Sequence record: NZ_CP124633.1 | Length of the DNA stretch: 64,000 bases | From: a plasmid | Strand: one strand, 5' to 3' | Part shown: one piece after another, positions 46,111 to 56,172 of the stretch | Numbering within the stretch: the stretch's first letter is position 1 | Layout: the number at the start of each line of letters is the position of its first letter | Translations under genes and position numbers: made by a program | Notes under the pieces: model-generated | What the model saw: the letters and a program-made list of their open reading frames with translations, nothing else | Databases searched by the model: none | Told to the model about the DNA's origin: nothing

Positions 46111-47844
46111 TCACTGGTCGGTAGCTGCTTGCTCGGAGGCGGCCGGCGGCAGCTCAAGGTCAACCAGACGTCGGGCAAGACGAATTATCCGGAACAGTTT
46201 CACCAGGGCTTCGTCATTGAGACGGCCTGCCTGGCTGGATGGCTGATCGCCTGTGGTGGGTTGGCCCAGCAGCAACTGAGCGAGGCCAGCTGAGAATTGA
46301 AACTCGCCCAGGGCGTCGCGGCAGGTCTGCTGGTCGTGTGAGTTCAGGACGACTTGGACCTGGCCGCTGAGCGCTTGAAGCAGCGTGATGAGGTGCAGCG
46401 CTGAATCAGTAATCTCAGGGTCTTCATTGGGCTCGCGATACGTGTAACCCACACCGCCCTGGATCCTGACGATCTCGCCTGGGGCGCCGACGTGCAGAGC
46501 GATTTCTTCAGCCAGATCAGCGATGTGCTGTCGCAGGATTTCGGAGGTGTCGATCGACCGCTCGATGTACCAGAGGTCGGTGATCGGGTGCAGGCCGCCG
46601 ACTTGCACCGGGATTGCGTGAAGAGCTGTTTCTTCGAAGACAGGTAGATGTTCACCCTCGAGAGCGGCCAGACGTTGGCGAGTCTGCAGGATCTTGGTCG
46701 ATACCGGACTCACGATATGGCCTGCCAAGAGCGCTGCATGCTCCTCATCGGTCAGTTGCTGCTGTTGTACAGGTAGCGGCGGAGTTGGCGGGGTAGAGGG
46801 ATTACCCGGGAGGCTATTGGTCTTGGACGTTTGGAGGCCGGCAGCGGGGCTCTGTGATTGTGCTTGTCCAGTAGTCGACGCGGCAGGACTTTCCTGCCCT
46901 ACTGGTGGGATTTCAGGTGGTGCGGCAGGTGCGGGCAGGTCGACCAGAGTGCCCCGGCGCTGTTCCTGCTGGCCGTTGGTGATCTCGAGCAGGATCTGGT
47001 CATAACGCAGGCCCAGGGGCCGCTTCATCTGATCGATGAGCTCGTCCTGGAAGCGGTCGAATATGAACTCGTCAGGGCTACTGTCGAAGATTGCCAGCGT
47101 GTCCTGGAACAGCATTTCAAAGTCAATCCCTTCACCGGCGTATAGACGTGCCCAGCAGGAGGATGCCGACTTTCTGAGTGACAGGAGTTTTTCGATTTGC
47201 GGTTTACCGAGCCCTGAATACAGCATCACAGGGATGGCTGGCAGCAGTATCTCAACGGCATCCAGCATCTTGCTGATGTGTGAATGTGAAACAGGATAGC
47301 CGTCATCGGTGAGCTTCCGTGACAGCTCGCGGATGCCGACCGGTTCGCCTTTCTCCTCCTCATACCAGGCTTTCGCTTTCTGAATGCCCACGGCTCGCTC
47401 GATGAACTTGAGGTCACCCTTCAGATCGTTCTCAGCCAGGTGACCAGTCAGCGCGATGATTTCGCCGCGCTGCTTGTCCCAGGGCCTGAACAGGCAGTTG
47501 AAGCGGAAGTAACGTTCGTCGCCGGTTTCTTTGTAGAGCTCGTTGAGAATTTCCAGGCGAGTGTTTCCGCCGTTGCGAATGCGGTATTTGTCTTCCCCAG
47601 GGCGTCGAGTCACTGGTGGCGGCGTATCGAGGCCTCGATGCCGGATCGATTCTTTCAACTCATCGTATTTCGGGTTTCGAGTGGTCCGGGGGTTGTCGTG
47701 CCAGGGGAGGACCTGGTCGAGTGTCAGCACCATGGGCGTGTCGCTGATCGGGTCCGACAACTGTTCCAGAACGGGCGGCGCGGTGAAACCAGGGGCAAGT
47801 AGCCGGTCTTTCAGATCTTGCGGGTTGATCTTGGCCATACTCAT
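46111..47844 (-). CDS. parB: ParB-family partition / nuclease-domain protein (PFGI-1 class)
   Basis: 577 aa, N-terminal ParB-like domain ...KYRIRNGGNTRLEILNELY. Confidence 0.75.
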   Translation of the reverse strand: MSMAKINPQDLKDRLLAPGFTAPPVLEQLSDPISDTPMVLTLDQVLPWHDNPRTTRNPKYDELKESIRHRGLDTPPPVTRRPGEDKYRIRNGGNTRLEILNELYKETGDERYFRFNCLFRPWDKQRGEIIALTGHLAENDLKGDLKFIERAVGIQKAKAWYEEEKGEPVGIRELSRKLTDDGYPVSHSHISKMLDAVEILLPAIPVMLYSGLGKPQIEKLLSLRKSASSCWARLYAGEGIDFEMLFQDTLAIFDSSPDEFIFDRFQDELIDQMKRPLGLRYDQILLEITNGQQEQRRGTLVDLPAPAAPPEIPPVGQESPAASTTGQAQSQSPAAGLQTSKTNSLPGNPSTPPTPPLPVQQQQLTDEEHAALLAGHIVSPVSTKILQTRQRLAALEGEHLPVFEETALHAIPVQVGGLHPITDLWYIERSIDTSEILRQHIADLAEEIALHVGAPGEIVRIQGGVGYTYREPNEDPEITDSALHLITLLQALSGQVQVVLNSHDQQTCRDALGEFQFSAGLAQLLLGQPTTGDQPSSQAGRLNDEALVKLFRIIRLARRLVDLELPPAASEQAATDQ

Positions 47845-48110
47845 GCCTCCGCCACCTGAGGCGTGTTCGCCGCAGCCAGCTCTGCCTGCAGACGCTGGTT
47901 CTTGGCGAAGAGCTCGTCGACCATTCGGTTCGCTCGAGCGAGTTCTTCTTCGAGCTCGTTGCTACGCTCCAGCCGGTAGACGATCTCGCTGTTGGCCGAG
48001 CGGTGGTTATGCGCGGCTTTTTGCTTGAGTTGATCGCGGAGCCCTTGCGGCATGCGTACAACAAACTTGTCTTCTGCGTGTTTGCGGTCGATCGAAGTAA
48101 CGTTCTTCAT
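47841..48110 (-). CDS. Arc/MetJ-type ribbon-helix-helix DNA-binding protein
   Basis: FVVRMPQGLRDQLKQKAAHNHRSANSEIVYRLERS. Confidence 0.65.
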   Translation of the reverse strand: MKNVTSIDRKHAEDKFVVRMPQGLRDQLKQKAAHNHRSANSEIVYRLERSNELEEELARANRMVDELFAKNQRLQAELAAANTPQVAEA

Positions 48111-48130
48111 ATTGTTCTCCTGCAGATCGC

Positions 48131-49021
48131 TCAGTACTGAGCGACCGTGGTCTGGAATGAGGGCGATGGAGACGCATTACTGGCCTGGAAGAAATCCAGT
48201 TGTGCCAACCCCTCAAGCGCTGCGCTGTTGAGCCAGAGGCGTTCGATTCGCTCTCTGGAGCCGTCTGCATAGGCGTGGCGGTCGACTCTGTGCCAGGTGG
48301 TGTAGAGCTCGTCGTAGAGTGGGCAGGGATATCCGGAGAGCACCACCATGCCGCGCAGCCGCTTGAGGAATGCCGCCAGCTCCTTGTGCTGGTTGTCGTC
48401 CAGTTCGTACCGGTACGACTTGCCTGTGGCGTTGTGGCGCACCTTCGTGCTGCGGGTCGAGTGGACATAGGGCGGATCCACGTAGTGCAGCGTATTCGGC
48501 CGGTCGTGATATTCCATCAGCGCGAGGGCGTCGCGGTTTTCGATCACCACGCCCTGCAGGCGTTCTGTTATCGCGGTCAGCGTGTCGGGGTAGTTGCGCC
48601 AGTCCAGTGCAGGTCCGGTACCGGATCTGGTCGAGGTTGAGCGGAACCCTGTACGTTCGCCGGACGCAGCTGCGGTACCGAAACCTTGCAAGCTTCGGAT
48701 TACCATCCGCCGCGCGCGCTCGAGCGGATCGGACGTTTCCGCGTAGCTGGCTTCGAACTCTTCCCGGGCAAACGGGGTAAGCGCCAGGGCCTGGCGCAGT
48801 TGCTCACCGTGATCCCGCGCGACGCGGAACAGGTTCACCACGTCCCCGTCGAGGTCGTTATAGATCTCGGCGTAGCTGCGGGCTTTCCGGAGCAGGACGG
48901 AGGCTGCGCCGCCGAAGGGCTCGACGTAAGTGTGATGTGGCGCCAGGTGCTGGATGATCCAGGGAGCAAGTTTCCACTTGCCTCCGTGGTAGCGCAGGAT
49001 TGGGCGACGAACCCCTTTCAT
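48131..49021 (-). CDS. DNA adenine methyltransferase, D12/Dam class (orphan)
   Basis: N-terminal [12 protein letters not shown], motif IV YVDPPY. Confidence 0.75.
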   Translation of the reverse strand: MKGVRRPILRYHGGKWKLAPWIIQHLAPHHTYVEPFGGAASVLLRKARSYAEIYNDLDGDVVNLFRVARDHGEQLRQALALTPFAREEFEASYAETSDPLERARRMVIRSLQGFGTAAASGERTGFRSTSTRSGTGPALDWRNYPDTLTAITERLQGVVIENRDALALMEYHDRPNTLHYVDPPYVHSTRSTKVRHNATGKSYRYELDDNQHKELAAFLKRLRGMVVLSGYPCPLYDELYTTWHRVDRHAYADGSRERIERLWLNSAALEGLAQLDFFQASNASPSPSFQTTVAQY

Positions 49022-50040
49022 GACGTGCTCTCCTGCTCCGCCTTGCGGCGCTTGAGCTGGTCGCGAAGCTGAGTGGGGAGGCTGCTGATCCGGAGTGTGT
49101 CGCGCTCCTCGTCGTACTCGATCCTGGAGCCCAGCAGGTGCGCCTCGAAGCTGATCGACAGGCCTTCGGCACGGCCGGTGAAGCGGCGGAACTGGTTGAG
49201 GGTGCGCTTGTCCGCCGGGATTTCCGGCGACAGGCCATAGTCCTTGTTGCGGATGTAGTCGTAGAACGCCCGCGGTTGCTGGTCGTCCATCAGTTCCGAG
49301 AGTGCGTCGAGGGTCATCGGCTCGCCGATGCGCGCCTGCGAGGTGGCGTAGTCGACCAGCGTCTCGGTCTTCTCACGGGCCTGCTGCTCGGCCATGCCCT
49401 CGCTTTCCACGAAGTCGCTGAAGGCCTTGAGCAAGGTACGGGTTTCACCGGGTGAGTCGATGCCCTCCTGGCAGCCGATGAGGTCGCGGAAATAGTCGGA
49501 GGTCTTCTTCCCGCCCTTGCCCTTGATGAACGAGATGTACTGCATCGACTGCTTGTTGTTACGCCACTCGGAGATGTTGATCCGCGCCGCCAGGTACAGC
49601 TGGCCGAAGTCGAGGTGGCGCGATGGGGTGACCTCCAGCGACTCGTTCACCGCCACGCCTTCGCTGTGGTGCAGCAGGGCGATCGCCAGGTAATCGGTCA
49701 TGCCCTGCTGGTAGTGGGCGAACAGCACGTGGCCGCCGGTGGAGAGGTTGGACTCTTCCATCAGCTTCTGCAGGTGCTCGACCGCTTCGCGGCTGAAGCT
49801 GACGAAGTCGCGGCCGCCCTCCAGGTACTCGCCGAGCCAGCCGCTGAACGGGTAGGCGCCGGACTCGCCCTGGAAGAAGCCCCAGGCCTTGTTCTTGGCG
49901 TTGTAGCTTTCGTTGAGGTCGGCCAGCAGGTTCTCGATGGCCTGGGAGTCGCCCAGCTCGGCGTCGCGCGCGTGGAGCACGGCCGGGGTGCCGTCGGGCT
50001 TCTTCTCGATCAGGTGGACGATGGCGTGTTTGATAGGCAT
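49018..50040 (-). CDS. ndpA: nucleoid-associated protein NdpA/YejK family
   Basis: [11 protein letters not shown] and C-terminal [18 protein letters not shown] align with E. coli YejK blocks. Confidence 0.85.
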   Translation of the reverse strand: MPIKHAIVHLIEKKPDGTPAVLHARDAELGDSQAIENLLADLNESYNAKNKAWGFFQGESGAYPFSGWLGEYLEGGRDFVSFSREAVEHLQKLMEESNLSTGGHVLFAHYQQGMTDYLAIALLHHSEGVAVNESLEVTPSRHLDFGQLYLAARINISEWRNNKQSMQYISFIKGKGGKKTSDYFRDLIGCQEGIDSPGETRTLLKAFSDFVESEGMAEQQAREKTETLVDYATSQARIGEPMTLDALSELMDDQQPRAFYDYIRNKDYGLSPEIPADKRTLNQFRRFTGRAEGLSISFEAHLLGSRIEYDEERDTLRISSLPTQLRDQLKRRKAEQESTS

Positions 50041-50273
50041 CAGAAAGACTCCTGGTTCAGGGAACGCTGCCTGTCGGCTCGACGGAGCATGGCGCGGGCA
50101 TTGAGCTCGCCGCGTGCGTCGCTTGGCGTGGAAGAAATGAAGATCGAGGCGCAGCCGATCTTGCTGAGCTTCAAGTGGCCGCCGGCGGAGCGGTCGACGC
50201 TCCAGCCTTCGGCTTGAGCGAAGGCCACCAGCCGGCGGACGCTTTCCCGGGCGCCGCGAAGGAAACTACGCAT
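50040..50273 (-). CDS. small protein with weak YcfA/HicA-like pattern ([14 protein letters not shown]), tentative
   Basis: start MRSFLRG with GAGGAGA SD. Confidence 0.3.
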   Translation of the reverse strand: MRSFLRGARESVRRLVAFAQAEGWSVDRSAGGHLKLSKIGCASIFISSTPSDARGELNARAMLRRADRQRSLNQESF

Positions 50274-50508
50274 CCGTGGTCTCCTCACTACTGTTGAGCT
50301 GCAGCCAGGTCTCCATCTCTGCCAAGGAGCGGGGAAGGCTATCGGTGGCGGCGGCATCCAGGAGGCGTTTCACCAGCGCCTGAAGGCTGCGACGATCGTT
50401 CTGTCGGCTGCAGGCCAGGTCGTCATGCGCGGAACGCAGCATGCGGACCTCTGTGCGCAGTTGAGCGAGCTCGTCCTCAGCCGGCCGGTAAGCGGTGACG
50501 TCAGGCAT
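50266..50508 (-). CDS. hypothetical protein (80 aa)
   Basis: ORF, operon context. Confidence 0.4.
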   Translation of the reverse strand: MPDVTAYRPAEDELAQLRTEVRMLRSAHDDLACSRQNDRRSLQALVKRLLDAAATDSLPRSLAEMETWLQLNSSEETTDA

Positions 50509-50758
50509 CGTGCGCTACCTCCTTGGGATTTCTACAGGACAGTTCCCAGCGGCTCTCGATGCGCTTTTCGTGGTCGCCTGCCTGTGCCGGCATACGGGTG
50601 ATGTAGGCGTTGTCCTCGCCAAACAGCCGTTCGGCAAGGCGGGAGGCTGCCACCTTGTCGCTCCAGGTGCAGGTCGCTCTCTGCTTCTGAATGGTATTGG
50701 TCCAGAAGCCGGCGCCATCGAACTTGACGATGCACTGATAGGTCTGGGATGCCTTCAT
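50501..50758 (-). CDS. hypothetical protein (85 aa)
   Basis: ORF, overlapping starts/stops. Confidence 0.4.
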   Translation of the reverse strand: MKASQTYQCIVKFDGAGFWTNTIQKQRATCTWSDKVAASRLAERLFGEDNAYITRMPAQAGDHEKRIESRWELSCRNPKEVAHDA

Positions 50759-51282
50759 GATTCGGCCTCCTTACTGAGTGCATCACCGACCTGAACGGCC
50801 ACCAGTTCGGGCAACTCCGGCTCATGCCCGGGATAGTTGTTGGCCAACTGATGCAGGAACTCACGTGCGGCGTCCTTGCTGCCTGCAATGCGGAACACCG
50901 CGGTGAGGTGCTGGGAGCCCTGAGTGCCGCAGCAGAGGTGCGGCACCAGGCTCACTTTCAGCGAGCAACTGAACAGGTGGCGAGGGATCCATACCGACCA
51001 GAAGTAGGCTGAAAGCAGTTGCCCCGGAGCGCGCGTAGTGACCACCAGGGTTCCGGCCTGGGTGGTCGAGATTTCGATGTACCCCAGTTCCTCCAGCTCA
51101 CGAAGCTCTCGCTCCATCGAACTGGGTGCGACCGTGCTCTCGTCCCGCGAAAGGCGCGAGATCACTTGGCTGAGGGCGTCCAGCTCGATGGGGTTGACCC
51201 CAACGTGATTGGCATGAACCACCGCCGAGTCGGTGAACGCGGCCGAGGCGTGGATACTCGGAAAGCGGGCTTCAGTGTTCAT
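50755..51282 (-). CDS. hypothetical ICE protein (175 aa)
   Basis: start MNTEARFPSIH with GGAGG SD. Confidence 0.45.
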   Translation of the reverse strand: MNTEARFPSIHASAAFTDSAVVHANHVGVNPIELDALSQVISRLSRDESTVAPSSMERELRELEELGYIEISTTQAGTLVVTTRAPGQLLSAYFWSVWIPRHLFSCSLKVSLVPHLCCGTQGSQHLTAVFRIAGSKDAAREFLHQLANNYPGHEPELPELVAVQVGDALSKEAES

Positions 51283-51457
51283 CAAAGACAGCCTCCAACT
51301 GATGGACGTCGTAGCTCCCGCAGCAGGGGCAGACCAACACCTCGGCTTCTCCTTCTGGGGTGTTCTCGGCGGGAAGAATCTGGCGCACCAGGTGGTATGG
51401 CTGGTGCTGACCACAATTCATGCACTGGTGGGTGACCAGGTGCTGGGAAGTGTTCAT
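51272..51457 (-). CDS. zinc-ribbon small protein (CMNCG...CPCCG), 61 aa
   Basis: start MNTSQHLV with AAGGAG SD. Confidence 0.45.
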   Translation of the reverse strand: MNTSQHLVTHQCMNCGQHQPYHLVRQILPAENTPEGEAEVLVCPCCGSYDVHQLEAVFDEH

Positions 51458-51633
51458 GCATGGGCTCCTTGCCGGCTTGGGCCAGCAACTGGCAGCGGAA
51501 GATGAGATGAAAAATGAGGTTGCAGGACCGGTAGCGCTGAAGGCGTGACGGTCGCTGCTAGAAGGAGCCGGACACATCCGGTGGTAAGGTTGGCGTCGCC
51601 AAACAAACCCACCCAGACCACAGGAGGTCCGGC

Positions 51634-52080
51634 ATGACGAACGAATACCGCTTTGGATACGACGAGATGCTTATCCAGATCCAGGCATGCGTTCCTGACT
51701 CACAAAACGGGGACGGATTGGCTATGACGATGGCCAGAGCCCAATGGATAAGCCAAGTCTTTGTGCTGTGTACCCTTGGTAACTCACTGGCACGTGACAA
51801 AGGCTGGAGGCTATGGGGCATGGATGCCATTGAGTATGCGCTCATGCGTCGCTACTCCTGGCCACTGGAAACCATTCGGGAGATGCCAATTCGGGATAGG
51901 TGGCTAGCACTGCATGAAGAACTGGCGGATTTGCAATGGGATGAAGAGGCTCAGCAGGTATGGCTAGCGAAGATCGAACCAGTGCTGCCAGGCGCACCGG
52001 GGACGGACTACGACGTCTGGCGTTCGGATGCGCCAGGATTTCAATTACCCCAAGCTCCTGGCTATCTAGTGGTCCGGTAA
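51634..52080 (+). CDS. hypothetical protein (148 aa), low-GC plus-strand island inside a minus-strand operon
   Basis: AGGAGG SD 6 nt upstream; AT-rich codon third positions unlike neighbours. Confidence 0.5.
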   Translation: MTNEYRFGYDEMLIQIQACVPDSQNGDGLAMTMARAQWISQVFVLCTLGNSLARDKGWRLWGMDAIEYALMRRYSWPLETIREMPIRDRWLALHEELADLQWDEEAQQVWLAKIEPVLPGAPGTDYDVWRSDAPGFQLPQAPGYLVVR

Positions 52081-52462
52081 CGAATGCTTCGGGTCTCGAG
52101 CGCTTATCGGGCCAAATCTGTTCGGGGTCGATCCTGACCACCGTGGAAAAGCGATAGCCGTGCTCCTGCCAGTGCAAGACTGCCCCGCACCGGTGACTAA
52201 TCAATCCCTCCTGCTCGAGCCGCTGAGCCACCCAGCTTGGGCGTAGCCCTCCGTATGGTATGTCCTCACGGCTGTTAAGAACGTACTCGATGACACCGTG
52301 GATGAGGGCAGCGCTGGGAACAAGTAGGCAGGCATCCAATAGCCAGGCATTGGCGGCGGACCCGTCATACACTCGTCCGTGGTGGCAGAAGTTCTGCAAG
52401 GCTTGTATCCATTCGGCGCTCGCTATCGAAAGGAGATTGTTAGCGGGCTGCTGGTCACGCAT
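51842..52462 (-). CDS. hypothetical protein; 3' ~240 nt overlap antisense with 51634..52080, true stop uncertain
   Basis: start MRDQQPANNLL with AAGGAG SD (same ccggcaaggag 11-mer as before 51457). Confidence 0.4.
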   Translation of the reverse strand: MRDQQPANNLLSIASAEWIQALQNFCHHGRVYDGSAANAWLLDACLLVPSAALIHGVIEYVLNSREDIPYGGLRPSWVAQRLEQEGLISHRCGAVLHWQEHGYRFSTVVRIDPEQIWPDKRSRPEAFVTGPLDSQELGVIEILAHPNARRRSPSPVRLAALVRSSLAIPAEPLHPIANPPVLHAVLATYPELASPEWFPVARSSDA

Positions 52463-52518
52463 GACTAGACTCCTTGCCGGCTCCCGCCGGCGAGAGATCG
52501 GAAGTTCAATGAAGGGGC

Positions 52519-53862
52519 TCATGCAAGAGCTCCCTGCCAAGTTGGTGCAAGGTCGGCGAAGCGGGTCTGGTTGGCGATGAAGGCGGCGCGGACGGTGCCG
52601 ATCGGGCCGTTGCGGTACTTGCCGATGATGATTTCGGCGATGCCCTTGGCCTCGGTGTTGGGGTGGTAGACCTCGTCGCGGTACACGAACATGATCACGT
52701 CCGCGTCCTGCTCGATTGCGCCGCTCTCACGCAGGTCTGCGTTGTTCGGTCGCTTGTTCGGCCGGTTCTCCAGGCTGCGATTGAGCTGGGACAGGGCCAC
52801 GACGGGGCAATCCATCTCCTTGGCCAGTGCTTTCAGCGAGCGGGAGATCTCCGAGATCTCGGTGGCTCGGTTTTCCAGGCCTGGGCAGCGCATCAGCTGC
52901 AGGTAGTCGACCAGGATCAGTACGGGGTGGCCGTACTTCCTGGCTGCACGGCGAACCTTGGCGCGCAGCTCTGTCGGCGTCAGGTTGCCCTGGTCGTTGA
53001 TGACCAGTCGGCTGCCATAGTCGTTTATGCGCTGGATCGCGACGGTCAGCCTGGGCCAATCCTCCTCTTGCAGTTGGCCCTTCATCAGCTTGCCAAGGTC
53101 AAGGTGGCCGAGCAGGGCAGCAAGCCTGAACAGCAGCTGCTCTGCTGGCATTTCCATGCTGTAAACCTGGACAGACTTCTGTTGGTCGCTCTGCAGCGCG
53201 GCGTCGATCAAGTTGAGGGCAAACGACGTTTTGCCCATCGAGGGACGGGCACCGACGATGATGAGATCCGACTTCTGTAGTCCGCCGGAGAGCTCGTCGA
53301 GATCCTTCAGGCCTGTCGGGACCCCCGTTACCGTCACGTTGTTGTTGAAGCGGTAATCGATGGTGTCGACGATCTTCGCGAGGCCCTTGTTGATATCGAC
53401 AAAGTCGGACTTGTGCTGATCTTGGCCGAGGGCGAACAGCTTCTGCTCGATCTCCTCCTGAACCTCACAGGGATTCGCCTGGTGGTTCGAGGCGGTTCTG
53501 GTGCAGTGGTGCCCGAGAGACATCAACTGCCGCAGGTGCGCCCGATCGCGAACGATCTGCGCGTAAGCCTCGATATTGGCCACGGAGGGCGTGTTGTCAG
53601 CGAGCTGGCCGAGGTAGGCCAGCCCACCGGCTTCTGGAAGGTCTTCGATCGCTTCCGACACTGTCACGACGTCAAACGGGGCGTCCTTCGCGGCCAACTC
53701 GCTGATGGCGGTGAAGATCAGCCGATGTTCATGCCGGAAGAAGTCCTCCTTCTGCAGGTGATCGCCGACAATGTCCCATGCCGCGTTGTCCAGCATCAGA
53801 CCGCCGAGTACCCCTTGCTCCGCCTCGACGGAGTGCGGCGGCGTGAGTTCCAGAACACTCAC
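52519..53862 (-). CDS. dnaB: replicative DNA helicase DnaB
   Basis: N-domain HSVEAEQGVLGGLMLD, Walker A GARPSMGKTS, RecA-like core. Confidence 0.9.
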   Translation of the reverse strand: MSVLELTPPHSVEAEQGVLGGLMLDNAAWDIVGDHLQKEDFFRHEHRLIFTAISELAAKDAPFDVVTVSEAIEDLPEAGGLAYLGQLADNTPSVANIEAYAQIVRDRAHLRQLMSLGHHCTRTASNHQANPCEVQEEIEQKLFALGQDQHKSDFVDINKGLAKIVDTIDYRFNNNVTVTGVPTGLKDLDELSGGLQKSDLIIVGARPSMGKTSFALNLIDAALQSDQQKSVQVYSMEMPAEQLLFRLAALLGHLDLGKLMKGQLQEEDWPRLTVAIQRINDYGSRLVINDQGNLTPTELRAKVRRAARKYGHPVLILVDYLQLMRCPGLENRATEISEISRSLKALAKEMDCPVVALSQLNRSLENRPNKRPNNADLRESGAIEQDADVIMFVYRDEVYHPNTEAKGIAEIIIGKYRNGPIGTVRAAFIANQTRFADLAPTWQGALA

Positions 53863-54077
53863 TTCGAGTCCTCCCGGCCGATCTGCATGAACGTGCTTCC
53901 GCCCGGGGCGCCGATGATCTCTAGCGCTTTCACCTCCACCTTGGCGGACTCGATGATCACCGAACTCACATGAGCCACCGCTTTCGCGCGTTCGATATCC
54001 AGAGGCTTCTCTTCGTCAAGCAGGCCTTCGATGGTGGCAAAGAGGTGATTACGCAGATCCTCAATCTTGTTTTTCAT
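53859..54077 (-). CDS. hypothetical small protein (72 aa)
   Basis: ORF coupled to dnaB. Confidence 0.4.
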   Translation of the reverse strand: MKNKIEDLRNHLFATIEGLLDEEKPLDIERAKAVAHVSSVIIESAKVEVKALEIIGAPGGSTFMQIGREDSK

Positions 54078-54788
54078 GCTCGACCTCCTGAATGGTGCGC
54101 TTGAGCTTGCTGATGACGCGGATTGCGCTCTTCAGCTCAGGTGGATAGCGATGGATGGAGTTGCGGCGCATGCGTTCGGCCCGGGTGATGAGCTCCAGGT
54201 TGTCGATGACGACGTTCTGCTTGTTGTTGTCCTTGAAGCAGACGCAATGGCCGGTTGGGATGGGGCCGAAGTGTTCTTCCCAGAGCAGGATGTGCATGCC
54301 CTTCCAGTCCCGGGGGGATAACCGGTATCCGAGATCTTTCGTTGCAGGTAGCCATCAGCGCTGACCCGTGTACTGCCGACTGGGAGCCATGTGTGGGGCT
54401 TTTGCCCCTTCTTGAACTGCGTTTCCGACGAGCGTCCTCGCGCGAGAAGCCCCTTCATGCCGCAGTTCCATGGCGTATGCCCCTTCTTGAACTGCGTTGC
54501 ATTGCCTTCGATTTGAAGCTTCCGGCCGCAGGCCTGCAGAATCTGCTTGGCGAGCTCTGGGCTTTTTTTCAGTCCTAAACGGTGGGCTTTGGCGTAGATC
54601 TGCTGGACCGTTTTGTTCAACCTGGCTGCTAGGACCTCGTTCGGCATATCCGGATACAGGCGCAACAGCACCAGTTCCTGTTCGGCAGTCCAGATTTCGC
54701 GGATGCAGCGCTCCTCTCGGTTGCTGAATTTGCTGCGGGCACGCACCAGGGCCTCGTAGGCGATGGTCGAGAGAGCAGAGCGAGTCAT
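54061..54788 (-). CDS. phage-type HNH endonuclease, frame broken by 1-nt deletion in C6/G6 run at 54312-54317
   Basis: ...WLPVGSTRVSADGYLQRKISDTGYP then +1 frame RDWKGMHILLWEEHFGPIPTGHCVCFKDNNKQNVVIDNLELITRAE. Confidence 0.65.
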
Positions 54789-55486
54789 CGGGAACCTCCC
54801 TGCTCGAGCGCGCCCTGAACTCGCCGGCTGACGCCGCGGTGCAGGCGAGTGTTTTTGCCGTGCTCCCAGCCTGCGTGCAGCGAAGCCTGGTCATAGGCCA
54901 GGGGCTTCGTCGGCGCTGCCGGCTCCAGGAGTTTCAGCTCCGGATGGTGTAGTTCGAGGTAGGCCTTGATGGCTGCTTGAGTCGACTCGTCCGGCCTGCC
55001 GGCAAAGTCACGTACCAGCGAACGCACTGCGAGAAGCCAGCCTTCGACGAAGAGCTTGCTGCGACGGCGCTTGGTCGACAGCTTGCAGCGCTTCTGTTGA
55101 GCGACATGAGCCGAGCGCGCCGCCACCAGTTGGTGGTGGAGCGTAGAGTAGGCGTGAGCGGCTAGCTCAGGGCCGATCCCTCGGCCCATGAACTTGAACG
55201 TCCAGCCCGCTGGCATCGCGTATGCCGCCAGGTAGTCGCAGCCGAAGGAACTGGCGCAGATCCCGGCCAGTTCATGCAGCCATGGGGCAGGAGAGCGCCT
55301 GGTTCGAGTGGGAACGCACGCGGTCTCCACCGTGTGGGCCGAGATCTCCGCATCGCTGAGGTCGAACTGGCGCTTCAGGATCGCGGCCTGGCGCAATGCG
55401 GTTTCCGCTTCATTCGGCGTGGCCCCCTTGGCATTCGCAAGGGCCATCAGCTTCTCGACCTTGGCAAGGACTTTTTGCTTGTCCAT
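54785..55486 (-). CDS. DUF2786-like protein
   Basis: MDKQKVLAKVEKLMALANAKGATPNEAETALRQAAILKRQ. Confidence 0.55.
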   Translation of the reverse strand: MDKQKVLAKVEKLMALANAKGATPNEAETALRQAAILKRQFDLSDAEISAHTVETACVPTRTRRSPAPWLHELAGICASSFGCDYLAAYAMPAGWTFKFMGRGIGPELAAHAYSTLHHQLVAARSAHVAQQKRCKLSTKRRRSKLFVEGWLLAVRSLVRDFAGRPDESTQAAIKAYLELHHPELKLLEPAAPTKPLAYDQASLHAGWEHGKNTRLHRGVSRRVQGALEQGGSR

Positions 55487-56172
55487 TACGCGCCCCCCTT
55501 GCAGCAGGTTGAGCCCTGCTCGGTGGCGGAGCGGTCCAGGCGCTCGATCTCGGCTAGCACCAGGGCGCCGGCGCGTACCAGGTTCTCGCGCGCCGACTTA
55601 GGCTTCCACCACTCTTCGTCCCAGGGCCAGAACAGTGCAGAGCCATTCCGAATGCCGCCCGGCCAGTCGGTGCCGATGCCGCCGGCATGGAGTGCGTAGC
55701 AGCCGGCTGCCTGGGCGATCTGGCCAGCGCTAGCGTCGTCGTTGCTGGTATCGAAGCCTTCGACGGTGATCTGGCGCCGGCGCTCGGCCTGTACATCGAG
55801 CCAGGCCTGCGGAACAGGGGAGAGGTTTGAAGTTGGGTAAATTCGGTCTGCGACCTGCCGTACCCGGTCGACAATATCCAGGGCTGCTACGTTGCCCAGT
55901 GCGACCTCCAGGGCGGCGAGCAGGTTGGCCATCAAGAACTGCTCACGCTCGTCCGCGTGGCTTTTTGCGCTTGGGCGCCTGTTCCAGTCGACCTGTGCTG
56001 AATACCTCGCTGTTACCGGGTCTGGCTCGCAGTAGGACGGCCCGATGTGAACCTGGCAGTCCTGGCATTCAATGGCACAGTTCCAGGCATCGGTGTCGAG
56101 CAGCTCGGGTTCCAGCATTCGAATGTTCGTGCTGCTGCAGAGCGGGCAGGGCTTGAGCTTGGGGTCACTCAT
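55486..56172 (-). CDS. Lar-family-like zinc-ribbon protein (restriction alleviation-type N-terminus) with C-terminal domain
   Basis: MSDPKLKPCPLCSSTNIRM...CQDCQVHIGP. Confidence 0.5.
   Translation of the reverse strand: MSDPKLKPCPLCSSTNIRMLEPELLDTDAWNCAIECQDCQVHIGPSYCEPDPVTARYSAQVDWNRRPSAKSHADEREQFLMANLLAALEVALGNVAALDIVDRVRQVADRIYPTSNLSPVPQAWLDVQAERRRQITVEGFDTSNDDASAGQIAQAAGCYALHAGGIGTDWPGGIRNGSALFWPWDEEWWKPKSARENLVRAGALVLAEIERLDRSATEQGSTCCKGGA

Noticed and set aside
50040-50273. HicA toxin call
   Set aside because: The GW...GGH pattern is weak, and no HicB-like partner follows. Downgraded to tentative.
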